Positions 19,166 through 29,665 of a DNA stretch of 64,000 bases are shown one piece after another; position 1 is the first letter of the stretch, and every line of letters begins with the position of its first letter. This stretch comes from Candidatus Latescibacterota bacterium (GTDB taxonomy: Bacteria; Latescibacterota; UBA2968; GCA-2709665): positions 4,352,001 to 4,416,000 of the forward strand of contig OZ241917.1 of assembly GCA_965203805.1 (NCBI GenBank), read 5' to 3'. The position numbers and the translations under genes were made by a program. Under the pieces are notes generated by a model. It had not been told where the DNA came from and did no database searches. It worked only from the letters and a program-made list of their open reading frames with translations.

Positions 19166-20092
19166 ATGAACGAACTCCAGGTGGATCTGTTTGATCCAAA
19201 AGAAACGGATGCGATTGGAGTTTCTCCGATTCCCGCAGTGAACGTCGCCTCGGTACCGCAACGAAGCCCTCTTCGATATCCCGGCGGAAAAACCTGGCTG
19301 ATTCCGCATATTCGGGTATGGCTTCGGGGGATCAAGCCGACGCCGCGGGTACTCATCGAACCGTTCGCTGGTGGCGGGACTGTTTCGCTAACCGCTGTAA
19401 TGGAAGGGCTTGTGGACCGGTGCCTCATGGCGGAACTCGACCCGGATGTGGCTGCTTTCTGGCACGCAGCGTTGAAATACGGTCCCGAGCTTTGCGCGAA
19501 CGTAATGCGTTTCAACCCGACACGGGAAGCTGTAAACGCGGTTGCGAGTAGACGCCCTCAAAACCTGCTGGAACATGGTTTTCGTACTCTCGTGTTGAAC
19601 CGAACGCGCCGGGGCGGCATACTCGCACCCGGTGCGTCACTCAGCCGCGCGGGAGAAAACGGCAAGGGAGTTGCGTCCCGCTGGTATCCGGAGACAATCG
19701 TTAATCGCTTGTGGGCAATTGCGGACCACACCGACTTAATCGAATTTCGGGAAACGGACGGTATGCGCTTACTCGAAGCGTTCGTTGCGAATCGCGGGTG
19801 TGGTTCGGTGGCGAATGCCGACTCTGTGGTTTTTGTAGACCCGCCGTACACTGCCGGAGGCAAGCGCGCGGGAAAACGGCTCTACGCCCACAACGAGGTT
19901 GATCATCCGAGACTGTTCGAATTGCTTGCTGATTGTGGTGCGGAATTCCTGATGACCTACGACAGAGCGCCGGAAATCCTATCCTTGACCGAAAAACACG
20001 GATTCCACGCCGTTCAGGTAACGATGAAAAACACGCATCACGCCAGAATTCCGGAACTGGTCATTACACCCAAACCGGTGTTTGTCCATTGA
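19166..20092 (+). CDS. D12-class (Dam-like) DNA adenine methyltransferase
   Basis: SPLRYPGGKT, EPFAGGG, FVDPPY. Confidence 0.9.
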   Translation: MNELQVDLFDPKETDAIGVSPIPAVNVASVPQRSPLRYPGGKTWLIPHIRVWLRGIKPTPRVLIEPFAGGGTVSLTAVMEGLVDRCLMAELDPDVAAFWHAALKYGPELCANVMRFNPTREAVNAVASRRPQNLLEHGFRTLVLNRTRRGGILAPGASLSRAGENGKGVASRWYPETIVNRLWAIADHTDLIEFRETDGMRLLEAFVANRGCGSVANADSVVFVDPPYTAGGKRAGKRLYAHNEVDHPRLFELLADCGAEFLMTYDRAPEILSLTEKHGFHAVQVTMKNTHHARIPELVITPKPVFVH

Positions 20093-20193
20093 CACCGCGG
20101 TATAGCATCGAGGAGTGGTATGGGCAACAGTTCCTTGATATCCATGAAATAGCCCGGTTCTTCAGGCTGCCGAACTTGCCAACCCGCCTGTGA
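20089..20193 (+). pseudogene. Probable N-terminal stub of a restriction endonuclease (NotI-family-like)
   Basis: TTG start overlaps the MTase stop (TTGA). TPRYSIEEWYGQQF resembles NotI-family N-termini from memory; the ORF ends after 34 aa. Confidence 0.45.
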
Positions 20194-20247
20194 ATCTCCC
20201 GCCACGGACGTTTGTCCATTGCCGTCTAAATACCTGTTTCTCCCCCC

Positions 20248-21024
20248 ATGAAAATCCTCATCACCGGCGCTACGGGCGTCATTGGCAGCAGGCTGGTACC
20301 CGCGCTCGAGGGCGAACACGAACTGCGGCTGTTGAGCCGGCGTGCGTTTCCGGGCGATTCCCGCTGGCGTCAGGCGGACGTGACGGATGTCGACCAGGTC
20401 TGCGACGCCGCGGAAGGGATGGACATGGCCATCCACCTGGCCATCGCCACCGGACGGGAGGGCGACTACGAAGACGATGCCTTCAACAGCCAGCGGATGG
20501 ACATCAACGTCAAGGGCACGTATAACCTGTTCGAAGCCGCGAGGCGTCACCGGCTCAAGCGAGTGGTCTATACCAGCAGCCTGACGGTTGTCTGGGGCTA
20601 TCCCCCGCCGGAATGGGTGGCGGGCGACGCGCCGGCGAAACCCGTAGGAACCTACGCCCTGACCAAGTATATGGGTGAAAGAATCGCCGAATACTACGCC
20701 GACCTGCACGGACTCTCAGCACTGTGCATGCGCATCCCAAAGCCCTTCGATATCGACGACCCGAATTCGAGGAACGCATCCGTTCTGCCCCAGTGGCTCG
20801 CCTTTCCCGACCTGATTCAGGCCTACAAACTCGCCATCGATGCGCCCGACGTCGGCTATGAGATCATCACCCTTGTGGGCGAAAGTAGCCGGCGCCGCTG
20901 GGACCTGTCCAGGGCGGAGAAGATCATCGGATACCGACCTCGATACCGGCTGGAAGACATGGGCTACACCCTCCGGGAAGAACCCGACACCTACAACCGC
21001 CCCAATATCGTCACCCCTCCCTGA
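20248..21024 (+). CDS. NAD-dependent epimerase/dehydratase (extended SDR)
   Basis: ITGATGVIG, YTSS, YALTK. Confidence 0.9.
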   Translation: MKILITGATGVIGSRLVPALEGEHELRLLSRRAFPGDSRWRQADVTDVDQVCDAAEGMDMAIHLAIATGREGDYEDDAFNSQRMDINVKGTYNLFEAARRHRLKRVVYTSSLTVVWGYPPPEWVAGDAPAKPVGTYALTKYMGERIAEYYADLHGLSALCMRIPKPFDIDDPNSRNASVLPQWLAFPDLIQAYKLAIDAPDVGYEIITLVGESSRRRWDLSRAEKIIGYRPRYRLEDMGYTLREEPDTYNRPNIVTPP

Positions 21025-21179
21025 ACGCCTTCCCGCAGCCCCCGGCTCCGTTACAACTTGCCGTCCGTGCGTTTTTCTTCGTAATTTACGGGCCGCCGCC
21101 GCCTATTCGCGCCAGGCAGTCGCGCAATTCAGCGCGCGATCACGTTACGCTGATGCGCCTCGATATCTGGGAGTCTAAC

Positions 21180-21956
21180 ATGGAATCATTACCCCTGCTT
21201 TCCGGCGACACGATGCCCGTGGTGGGCCTCGGGACCTATCCACTGAAGGGCGAACAGTGCAAGCGGGTGGTCAAACAGGCCCTTGACCTCGGCTACACCC
21301 ACTTCGATACGGCCTGGATCTACCGGAACCAGCGGGAGATCGGCGAAGCGCTCCGGGAGGCCGGCGTCGACAGGTCCAGGCTGTTCATCACGACAAAAGT
21401 CGGTCAAGATTTCCTGCAATACGACGTGGCCGTCAGACAGGCGGATGAGAATCTGCAGCTTCTCCAGATGGACTACGTGGATCTGCTGCTGGTGCACTGG
21501 CCGCCGGATGACGTGCCGATGGAGGAAACGATCGGCGCCTTCAACACGGTCTTCGACGCGGGCAAGGCCAGAAGCATCGGCGTCAGCAACTTCTCGGTCG
21601 AGCAGATGGAAGAGGCCTGTTCCGTTTCGAACGCGCCGATCAGCGTCAACCAGATCAAATACCATCCGGGCTATGAACTGCGCGACGTGCTGCACTGGTG
21701 CCTCGAACACGACGTTGTCGTGACCGCCTACTCTCCGCTGGGCAAAAAGAACATCCTTCAGGACCCCGTACTGACGAATATCGCCCGCAGCCACAACCGG
21801 ACGTCCGCGCACGTCGCGCTCAGGTGGCTGCTCCAGAAGGGCATGAACGTCATCCCGAAAGCCAGTTCGGAACTGCATCTGCGGGCCAATCTCGACGTCT
21901 TCGACTGGTCCCTGTCGGAAGACGAGATGGCTGCAATCGACGGAATGGCCGATTAG
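21180..21956 (+). CDS. Aldo/keto reductase
   Basis: GLGTY, DTAWIY, ITTK, LLVHWP, IGVSNF, VIPKAS. Confidence 0.93.
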   Translation: MESLPLLSGDTMPVVGLGTYPLKGEQCKRVVKQALDLGYTHFDTAWIYRNQREIGEALREAGVDRSRLFITTKVGQDFLQYDVAVRQADENLQLLQMDYVDLLLVHWPPDDVPMEETIGAFNTVFDAGKARSIGVSNFSVEQMEEACSVSNAPISVNQIKYHPGYELRDVLHWCLEHDVVVTAYSPLGKKNILQDPVLTNIARSHNRTSAHVALRWLLQKGMNVIPKASSELHLRANLDVFDWSLSEDEMAAIDGMAD

Positions 21957-22016
21957 CTCTCTTATTGTTATTCCAGCGAAAAATCACATGGAAGGACAGG
22001 AAAGACAGGATCCGCG

Positions 22017-23156
22017 ATGAGCTATGACGCCATTGTCATCGGCGGGGGCATTGTCGGGATGTCCGCCGCGTACCATCTCGTCCACGCCGGGGCGAAGACC
22101 CTGCTCGTCGACCGGAAGGATCAGGGTCGCGCCACGGACGCGGGCGCCGGCATTCTGTCTCCCGCCACCAATACGCGGGACCCGGACCCGTGGCAGCGCC
22201 TGGCCGCTCATGCGGTGGGATATTATCCCGGACTGATCGAGAATCTGGAGGCCGAACAGGAGGGAGAGACCGGGTTTGCGATCTGCGGCATGATGATCGT
22301 CGCCGTATCGGACGACGAACTGGAGCCTTTCGACGTCGCCCGCCGCCACATCTTCAGCCGCCGGAGCCGGCAGGGCAGGCCATCCGAGGAGGACCTTTAC
22401 GAAATATCGTCCGACGAAGCCCGCAGCCGGTTTCCCGCCCTGGCCGACGTGCGGGGTGCCATCTACTACCGCGAGGCAGCGCGCGTCGACGGCCGCCTCC
22501 TGACGGCCGCCCTGCGCCGCGCAGCGGAAGCCGGCGGCCTCACCGTCCGGGAGACGGGCGTCGACGCGTTGCGGATGGACAACGATACGGTCACGGGCGT
22601 CGTCACGGATGCGGGGGCCGTATCGGCGGCCGGTGTGGTCATCGCGGGCGGCGCTTGGTCGCATGCGTTCGGGCTTCAACTGGGGGTGCAGATCCCGGTG
22701 GAACCGCAGCGCGGCCAGATCATTCATCTGGGGCTCCCGGACACCGCCGATACGTCCACATGGCCCATCATCAGCGCCATTCGCGGCCACTATATGGTGC
22801 CCTGGCCGGACAACCGGGTGGTGGTGGGCGCCACGCGGGAGACCGGCTCCGGATTCGATGCCCTTACGACGGCCGCGGGTGTGCGGGAGGTACTCGGCGA
22901 GGCGCTTCGGGTGGCGCCCGGCCTGGCCGGGGCGGAGATTCGGGAGATCCGGGTCGGTCTTCGCCCGTATACGCAGGATCTGCTGCCCGTGCTCGGCACC
23001 GTTCCCGGCAGGAAAAACGTCTACCTGGCAACCGGCCACGGGCCCACCGGCCTGCAACTGGGGCCGTACAGCGGCAAACTCGTTGCCGACCTGATTCTGA
23101 ACAGAGACCTTTCCGTTGAACTGGATGCCTATCGAATCAATCGATTTCTGTCCTGA
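22017..23156 (+). CDS. FAD-dependent oxidoreductase (DAO/glycine oxidase family)
   Basis: IGGGIVG, PQRGQ, GLRP, ATGHGPTG. Confidence 0.9.
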   Translation: MSYDAIVIGGGIVGMSAAYHLVHAGAKTLLVDRKDQGRATDAGAGILSPATNTRDPDPWQRLAAHAVGYYPGLIENLEAEQEGETGFAICGMMIVAVSDDELEPFDVARRHIFSRRSRQGRPSEEDLYEISSDEARSRFPALADVRGAIYYREAARVDGRLLTAALRRAAEAGGLTVRETGVDALRMDNDTVTGVVTDAGAVSAAGVVIAGGAWSHAFGLQLGVQIPVEPQRGQIIHLGLPDTADTSTWPIISAIRGHYMVPWPDNRVVVGATRETGSGFDALTTAAGVREVLGEALRVAPGLAGAEIREIRVGLRPYTQDLLPVLGTVPGRKNVYLATGHGPTGLQLGPYSGKLVADLILNRDLSVELDAYRINRFLS

Positions 23157-23206
23157 GCGACCCGACGTCCGGCAAGGTCGCGGGAGAGAATCCATACCTG
23201 AGTCAG

Positions 23207-24226
23207 ATGAACCCGGAAAAAGCGATGACCTCCCGAAACTTCAAATGTCTGGTCGTCCACGATGTGGACGGCAGGTACGTCCGACGCGTCGAGCTCCGTG
23301 CCGTCGATTCGCTGCCCGACGGAGACGTGCTGATCAGGGTCCACTATTCTTCGTTGAATTACAAGGACGCGCTTTCAGCCACCGGCCACCGAGGCGTCAC
23401 CCGGCGCTATCCGCATACGCCAGGCATCGACGCCGCGGGGGTTGTGGAAGCAAGCACGGACGCGCGCTTCAATCCGGGCGATGAAGTCATTGTCACCAGC
23501 TACGACCTGGGAATGAACACGCCCGGCGGATTCGGCCAGTACATCCGCGTACCGGCCGATTGGATTGTGCCCCTTCCAGCAGGTCTCGCCTTGCGCGAAT
23601 CGATGGTCTACGGAACCGCCGGATTCACCGCCGCCATGTCGGTACACAGGCTCGAAGGCCACGGCCTCACCCCGGACACCGGCGAGATTCTGGTTACCGG
23701 CGCGACGGGCGGCGTGGGCAGCGTGGCCGTCGCCATTCTCGCGGGGCTGGGGTACACGGTGGTCGCGGCCACCGGCAAACCCGACAGGAAGCAGTTCCTG
23801 CTCGACATCGGCGCGGCCGAGGTCGTGTCCCGCGGCGAGGTCGACGATGCCGGCGGGCGTCCTCTGCTGGCGGAACGCTGGGCGGGCGTCGTGGATACGG
23901 TGGGCGGCGATATCCTGGCAACCGCCATCAAGGCGACGCGCAGCCGGGGAATTGTGACTTGCTGCGGTCTCGTCGCTTCCGCGGAGCTGAGCGTCAGCGT
24001 CTTCCCATTCATCCTGCGTGGCGTCAGCCTGCGGGGGATCGACTCGGCCGAATGCCCGATGCCGGAAAGAACACGGCTCTGGAAGAAAATCGCGGGTCTT
24101 TGGAAGATCGATGCGACGGACGGCCTGGCCACGGAACGCACGCTTGAAACCCTCGATCCGGAAATTCAACGCATCCTCAAGGGCGAACAGACGGGCAGGG
24201 TCGTCGTCAACCTGACAGAAGAATGA
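23207..24226 (+). CDS. YhdH/YhfP-family MDR oxidoreductase (AcuI-like)
   Basis: SSLNYKDAL, PGIDAAG, GTAGFTA, TGATGGVGS, PFILRGV. Confidence 0.92.
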   Translation: MNPEKAMTSRNFKCLVVHDVDGRYVRRVELRAVDSLPDGDVLIRVHYSSLNYKDALSATGHRGVTRRYPHTPGIDAAGVVEASTDARFNPGDEVIVTSYDLGMNTPGGFGQYIRVPADWIVPLPAGLALRESMVYGTAGFTAAMSVHRLEGHGLTPDTGEILVTGATGGVGSVAVAILAGLGYTVVAATGKPDRKQFLLDIGAAEVVSRGEVDDAGGRPLLAERWAGVVDTVGGDILATAIKATRSRGIVTCCGLVASAELSVSVFPFILRGVSLRGIDSAECPMPERTRLWKKIAGLWKIDATDGLATERTLETLDPEIQRILKGEQTGRVVVNLTEE

Positions 24227-25224
24227 ATCGCGCGAAGATCGGTGTCATCGGCCTGGGTCGGTTCGGCGTCCAGCACGCCCGCGTCCTGGCGCAACTGCCG
24301 CACGTGGAACTCACAGCGGTCTGCTCCCGATCCGCCGACCGCGCGGCGAAGGTCGCAAACGAAACCAACGCGGCCAGAACCTATACGGACTACAATGAAC
24401 TGATACGGGACCCGGACGTCGAAGCGATCGACATCGTTACCGAGGTGGACCGGCACACCGAAATCGCACTCGCCGCGCTCCGACTGCGCAAGCATGTCTT
24501 CAGCGAAATCCTGCTGACCGACAGTCCGGATGAGAATGACCGGCTCATCGATGAGGCGGAAAAAAGCGGCGCCGTGTTCATGGTCGGCTTCCTCGAGCGG
24601 TTCGACGTGCGGCGCGCCAACATCAAACAGAAAATCGACGCGGGCGAACTCGGCGAACTCGTCTCCATCTACGGCCGTCGCAATATCTGGCGCGGCATCC
24701 TGGACGCGCCGCGATTCAAGATCTGGCCTCTCGTGCTGCAGCCAGGGATTCACACCGTCGACCAGTTGCTCTGGATGGCCGGAGAGGACGTCCGCGAAGT
24801 CTATGCCCGATCGCGCAGTATGGCTGAACCGGGCCGTCCGGATACGTGGTGGGCCATGCTTACGTTCGACAGCGGACTCGTCGGCGTCATCGAGCAGAGC
24901 TTCTTCATGCCCGACGGGCGGCTCTACTGGTCCAACGCGGGCCTGGAAGTGGTGGGCACGGACGGGACGGCTCACATTACCGAACCGAACGACGCCTCCT
25001 GGGTCTGGACCCGCGAAGCGACGTCCAGCCCGGACCTGTATCTCTCGCCGGAACTCCATGGGAGAATCGTCGGGGCGCTGGAGCAGGAACTCACCCATTT
25101 CGCGGACTGCGTCATCGGAGGTCGGGATCCGGAACAGGGGACATTGCAGGACGCGCGCAATGCCCTGAGAGTAGGTCTGGCCATTGTGGAATCGGCGCAC
25201 AAAGAACAGGCGGTCCACTTGTAA
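24223..25224 (+). CDS. Gfo/Idh/MocA oxidoreductase
   Basis: GVIGLGRFG Rossmann motif, KHVFSE, MVGFLERF, GIHTVD. Confidence 0.88.
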   Translation: MNRAKIGVIGLGRFGVQHARVLAQLPHVELTAVCSRSADRAAKVANETNAARTYTDYNELIRDPDVEAIDIVTEVDRHTEIALAALRLRKHVFSEILLTDSPDENDRLIDEAEKSGAVFMVGFLERFDVRRANIKQKIDAGELGELVSIYGRRNIWRGILDAPRFKIWPLVLQPGIHTVDQLLWMAGEDVREVYARSRSMAEPGRPDTWWAMLTFDSGLVGVIEQSFFMPDGRLYWSNAGLEVVGTDGTAHITEPNDASWVWTREATSSPDLYLSPELHGRIVGALEQELTHFADCVIGGRDPEQGTLQDARNALRVGLAIVESAHKEQAVHL

Positions 25225-25240
25225 ATTGTGAGGAGATTAT

Positions 25241-26548
25241 ATGACGACGTCCAGCAACACCTACCGGGTCGGCGCGGCCGGTGAGGACATCACACCGCCG
25301 GTCGGCATCTACCTCGCCGGGTTCGCCGCCCGCACGGACCCCTCCACGGCCGTTTATCATCCTCTGAAAGCCAACGCCATCGCCATTGACGACGGTAGCG
25401 ATCCGCTGCTCATCGTCAGCGCCGAAATCCTGGGTTTCTACGAACACACGCCGCATGTCCGGTCCCGCATCTCGGCGGCGACGGGCATCGCTTCTTCGAA
25501 CGTCATTCTGAGCGGGTCGCACACCCACTGCGGTCCCTGCATCCGCGACATGGACCGGCATCGCCACGGCGACCTGGACGAGAACTACATCGAGGAACTC
25601 TTCGACAAGGTCGCCCGTTGTGCGACAACCGCGTGGGAAACCCGGTCCCCTGCGCGCCTTCGTTTCGGGACCGGGAACTGCGATATCGCCGTATCCCGCC
25701 GGAAACCCGACGGGAAGGGCGGCGTTGAGTGGAAACCCGGCGCCGAAGCGCCGCACGACCACGACGTGGCGGTTATGGTCGTCGAATCTCCCGGCGGCGA
25801 ACTCCGAAGCGTCATCTTCAACTACGCGTGCCATCCCACCAGCCGGGCCGGCACGCTCATCGGCGGCGACTACGTCTGTTTCGCCTGCGACCAGATGGAG
25901 TCGACGTACCCGGGCGTCACCGCGTTCTTCCTCCAGGGCTGCGCGGGAGACCAGAAGACAAAACCGGTCGACCCCGCGTCGGATGCCTTCGGACACCGGA
26001 CGATCGATGAAATCCGCGACATCGGCGTCCAGCTGGGCGAAACCGTGGCCGGCGTTGTCGCGTCGGACGCACTTGAGCCGGTCGACGGACCGATCTCCGT
26101 GAGTCAGACCGTCCTCGGCCTGGATACCGAACCCGTCGACATGGAACTCGTGAGTGCCGGCCTGAACGACAACCGGGCGTTTGTGCAGGCCTGGGCCCGC
26201 CATCTGTTTGAATGCGTCGAAAACGGCACCCCGGTGCCCACCAGCATCCCGTTTGAAATCCAGACCGTGCGTTTCGGCAACAGCCTCGCGGTGGTTACGC
26301 TCGCGGGGGAAATGACGGTTGAACACGGGCTGCGCCTGAAACGGGAACTGGGCCCGCACTTCGACAATGTACTGGCGCTGGCGTATACCAACGACATCGT
26401 CGGTTACGTACCCGTCACACGGCAGATCCCCGAAGGCGGCTACGAAGTCTGGTTCAGCCAGCAGTACTGGAAACGTACGGGACCCTACGTGGCCGCCACC
26501 GAAGACCGGATTCACGCCGCCGTGAGCCGGGCTCTGGACATCACATAG
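25241..26548 (+). CDS. Neutral/alkaline ceramidase N-terminal-domain-like hydrolase
   Basis: DITPP, SHTHCGP, NYACHPT, FLQGCAGD, GGYE. Confidence 0.8.
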   Translation: MTTSSNTYRVGAAGEDITPPVGIYLAGFAARTDPSTAVYHPLKANAIAIDDGSDPLLIVSAEILGFYEHTPHVRSRISAATGIASSNVILSGSHTHCGPCIRDMDRHRHGDLDENYIEELFDKVARCATTAWETRSPARLRFGTGNCDIAVSRRKPDGKGGVEWKPGAEAPHDHDVAVMVVESPGGELRSVIFNYACHPTSRAGTLIGGDYVCFACDQMESTYPGVTAFFLQGCAGDQKTKPVDPASDAFGHRTIDEIRDIGVQLGETVAGVVASDALEPVDGPISVSQTVLGLDTEPVDMELVSAGLNDNRAFVQAWARHLFECVENGTPVPTSIPFEIQTVRFGNSLAVVTLAGEMTVEHGLRLKRELGPHFDNVLALAYTNDIVGYVPVTRQIPEGGYEVWFSQQYWKRTGPYVAATEDRIHAAVSRALDIT

Positions 26549-26592
26549 GATTGGAAGGGCCGAAACAATCCTGCATCTCCGGTTCGGCCGAT

Positions 26593-28500
26593 ATGACTGA
26601 CGCGTTGCCCGAAATCGCCCTGGTCCAGATGGACGTGAAGCCGGCGCGGCCGGACCTGAACGTGGACCGCATGCTGCGTTACATCGACAGGGCGCGGGAG
26701 GCGGGCGCGGACCTGGTCGTTTTTTCGGAACTCTGCATTTCCGGCTACATCCTGGGCGACCTGTGGGAGGTGGACGCGCTCGTCAAGGATTTCGCGGCAT
26801 ACAGCGACACGATTCGCAAGGCAAGTCAGGACATTGTCGTACTCTTCGGGAACGTGGCGTTGGACCGGGCGAACATCGGCGAGGACGGCCGCATACGCAA
26901 GTACAATGCCGTCCACGTCTGCGCAGACGGCCGCTACGTGGCGCGCGAGGGCGTTCCGGCCGGACTGCCGGCGGGCGTTCAGCCCAAGACGCTCCATCCG
27001 AACTACCGGTTCTTCGACGACGACCGCCATTTCTACTCGCTCCGGAAACTCGCCGATGACCGCGGGAGGTCGGTCTACGACTGGATTGCGCCGTTCGAGG
27101 TCCGCCTGAGGGACGGCCGGACGTTCCGGTTCGGCGTGCAACTCTGCGAGGATATCTGGTGCAGGGACTATGGATACGCGGACGACATCCTGGATACGCT
27201 GCGCGTCTTCCACGAACGCGGGGCACAGGCGCTGTTCAATCTGTCCTCGTCTCCCTGGACCTGGCAGAAGAACGTGAAGCGAAACCGGGTCGTCAGGGAG
27301 ATTCTGCGGCGTTCGCCCGTTCCCGTCTTCTATTGCAACCACGTTGGAGCGCAGAACAACGGCAAGAACATCATCGTCTTCGACGGCGATACGACGGTCT
27401 ATTCCCCCGAGGGCGACATTCTGCGTCGCGCGCGTCCCTGGCGTGAGCAGATGGTCCTGAGCCGGGGCGGGGACCCGCCCACTGCTTCCCAGGACGAGAT
27501 CGCCGCGATCTTCGATGCCATCCTGACCGGACTGCGGCATCTGGACGATATCCGCGAGAGGGAGAACCGGTTTCTGGTTGGCGCCAGCGGGGGCATCGAC
27601 TCGAGCGTGGTGGTATCCATTCTGACGCAGGCCTTCGGGCCCGAGCGGGTGTTCGCGGTGAATATGCCCACGCGGTTCAACGCGTCCATCACCCGGAACA
27701 ACGCGGAGCGCGTCTGCCGTACCCTCGAGGTGGATTACCTGAGTTGCCCGATCCAGGACCTGTACGCGGCCCTGTCGGAGAAGATAAAGGACATGCGCTT
27801 TTCCAGGGCGCCGGGCGACTATACCCGCCTGGTCGACGAGAACCTGCAGGCGCGCATCCGGGGCGCGGATATATTGCCCGCGCTGGCCGCGAAGTCCGGG
27901 CTGGTCTTCACCAACAACGGCAACAAGACCGAAACAGCGCTGGGTTACGCCACGCTGTACGGCGACGTGAACGGCGCCGTGGCCCCGATTGCGGACCTAT
28001 ATAAGGTGCAGGTGTTGCAATTGGCCCGGTTCCTGAATGGAGAGGTGTTCGGCAGAGAGGTCATTCCGGATAACCTGATCAGCGGGGAGACGGTACCCAG
28101 CGCGGAGTTGTCGGACGCCCAGGACGTGACCCGGGGCCTGGGGGACCCGATCAAGTACGGTTACCACGATGCCGTCCTGCGCCAGATCATCGAATACCGG
28201 AAAGACCCGGTCGATTTTCTGCAATGGTTCGTGGACGGCGTCCTGCTGGACGTGATCGGGTGGAACGACAGTGAACAATTCCGGGCCTGGTTCCCCGACG
28301 TGAACGGCTGGATAGAAGACCTGGAGTGGGTCGCGCAACAGGTGCGGATCAACACCTTCAAGCGCGTCCAGGCGCCGCCGATCATCGTGCTCAGCAAGCG
28401 CGCGTTCGGATTCGACCTGCGCGAGAGCCAGTTGCCGTCCTATCAAACCCGGCGCTACGGGGAATTGAAAGAGCTGGCGCTCCAGATGGAAATACCTTAA
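26593..28500 (+). CDS. nadE: Glutamine-dependent NAD+ synthetase
   Basis: Nitrilase triad (FSELCISGY, PKTLHPNY, LCEDIW) plus SGGIDS, ENLQARIRG, NKTE, GYATLYGD, PSAEL. Confidence 0.93.
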   Translation: MTDALPEIALVQMDVKPARPDLNVDRMLRYIDRAREAGADLVVFSELCISGYILGDLWEVDALVKDFAAYSDTIRKASQDIVVLFGNVALDRANIGEDGRIRKYNAVHVCADGRYVAREGVPAGLPAGVQPKTLHPNYRFFDDDRHFYSLRKLADDRGRSVYDWIAPFEVRLRDGRTFRFGVQLCEDIWCRDYGYADDILDTLRVFHERGAQALFNLSSSPWTWQKNVKRNRVVREILRRSPVPVFYCNHVGAQNNGKNIIVFDGDTTVYSPEGDILRRARPWREQMVLSRGGDPPTASQDEIAAIFDAILTGLRHLDDIRERENRFLVGASGGIDSSVVVSILTQAFGPERVFAVNMPTRFNASITRNNAERVCRTLEVDYLSCPIQDLYAALSEKIKDMRFSRAPGDYTRLVDENLQARIRGADILPALAAKSGLVFTNNGNKTETALGYATLYGDVNGAVAPIADLYKVQVLQLARFLNGEVFGREVIPDNLISGETVPSAELSDAQDVTRGLGDPIKYGYHDAVLRQIIEYRKDPVDFLQWFVDGVLLDVIGWNDSEQFRAWFPDVNGWIEDLEWVAQQVRINTFKRVQAPPIIVLSKRAFGFDLRESQLPSYQTRRYGELKELALQMEIP

Positions 28501-28501
28501 A

Positions 28502-28733
28502 TCGGGGAGACGTTAGACGGGAGACGGTAGATGACATCCTTGCACGATTGGTTCTTCCTATATGCCTCCGGCAGGATATGAAACCGCACGGGGCAATAAG
28601 AGCGGGTAGACGGTAGACGTCAGACGGTAGAAGACGTCCTTGCCCGATTGGTTCATCCACTATGCCTGCGGCAAGAGATGATACCGAACTGGCACTCACA
28701 TCATCTCCCGTCTCCCGTCTTGCGTCTCCCCGA
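28502..28733. repeat. MITE-like element with heptamer-built TIRs and an internal ~100-bp tandem duplication
   Basis: 28502-28534 versus the reverse complement of 28701-28733 match 30/33; two diverged internal copies start near 28505 and 28604. Confidence 0.8.
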
Positions 28734-28764
28734 ATCTGGAAATCTGTCAATGAGGTGATCAGGA

Positions 28765-29643
28765 GTGACCTCAATTCAAGACGCAATTTCCCATATACAG
28801 GGAACCGTAGGGCTGTCGGCCAGGCACCTGGAAACCGGGCACGAGATCCGTCACAATGCCGACGACGTGTTCTTCACCGCCAGCACGCTGAAAGTGCCGG
28901 TGCTCGTCGAGCTCTACCGCCAGGTGGATCTCGGCGTTATCGATCTGTACCGGCGGGTGGAACTCACCGACGATCTTCGCGTGCCCGGCTCGGGCATCCT
29001 CAAGGAAATGGCTCCGGGCCTCAAGCCCACCGTGCACGATCTGGCGATGTTGATGATCATCATCAGCGACAACACCGCAACGGATATTCTCTATAACCTC
29101 GTCGGCGAAGACAATCTCAACAACACGATGCGGGAACTCGGACTCCTGAAGACCCGCATCCCAATGACGGTCAGACAACTGCTCTTCAGCGTCGTGGGTC
29201 TGGACCCCGGAAATCCCGATCATACTTATGATACCTGCGCCAGCCGGCTCTTCAACCAGGAATACGTGCCCGACGGCGCGGGTTACGACGTCGACCGGTC
29301 CGACGTTTCCTCACCCGGCGATATGTGCAAGTTGCTGGAATTGTTGTATTCGGGCGAACTGCTGTCGAACGCGTCCCGGAACGGCGCCCTGGACATCCTG
29401 AAGCGACAGCAACTCAGGACCGTGATTCCCCATGCCTTGCCCGTGGGGACTGACGTCGCGCACAAGACGGGCTTTTACCACGGTGTGCGCGCCGACGTGG
29501 GCATTGTCTACTCGCCGGCCGGTCCATACGCCGTTGCCATCATGGCCAAAGACGTCACGTGCCCCGACCGGCTGGTCTTTGACCTGAGCCTCGCCGCGCT
29601 GTCGAGGGCGGTGTACGACACGCTGGTCGAGTCGTCCCGATGA
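28765..29643 (+). CDS. Class A beta-lactamase-related serine hydrolase
   Basis: SxxK (ASTLK), SDN, HKTG. Confidence 0.9.
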   Translation: MTSIQDAISHIQGTVGLSARHLETGHEIRHNADDVFFTASTLKVPVLVELYRQVDLGVIDLYRRVELTDDLRVPGSGILKEMAPGLKPTVHDLAMLMIIISDNTATDILYNLVGEDNLNNTMRELGLLKTRIPMTVRQLLFSVVGLDPGNPDHTYDTCASRLFNQEYVPDGAGYDVDRSDVSSPGDMCKLLELLYSGELLSNASRNGALDILKRQQLRTVIPHALPVGTDVAHKTGFYHGVRADVGIVYSPAGPYAVAIMAKDVTCPDRLVFDLSLAALSRAVYDTLVESSR

Positions 29644-29665
29644 AGAATCGAAGGAGACCTGCCCG

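Noticed and set aside
20100-20250. tRNA or att site at the island boundary
   Set aside because: No cloverleaf or direct repeat was recognisable.
28502-28733. CRISPR array
   Set aside because: Only two long diverged units, with no repeat-spacer periodicity and no cas genes.
28765-29643. True beta-lactam resistance gene
   Set aside because: No signal peptide and no clear omega-loop ExxLN motif; a generic serine hydrolase is the safer call.
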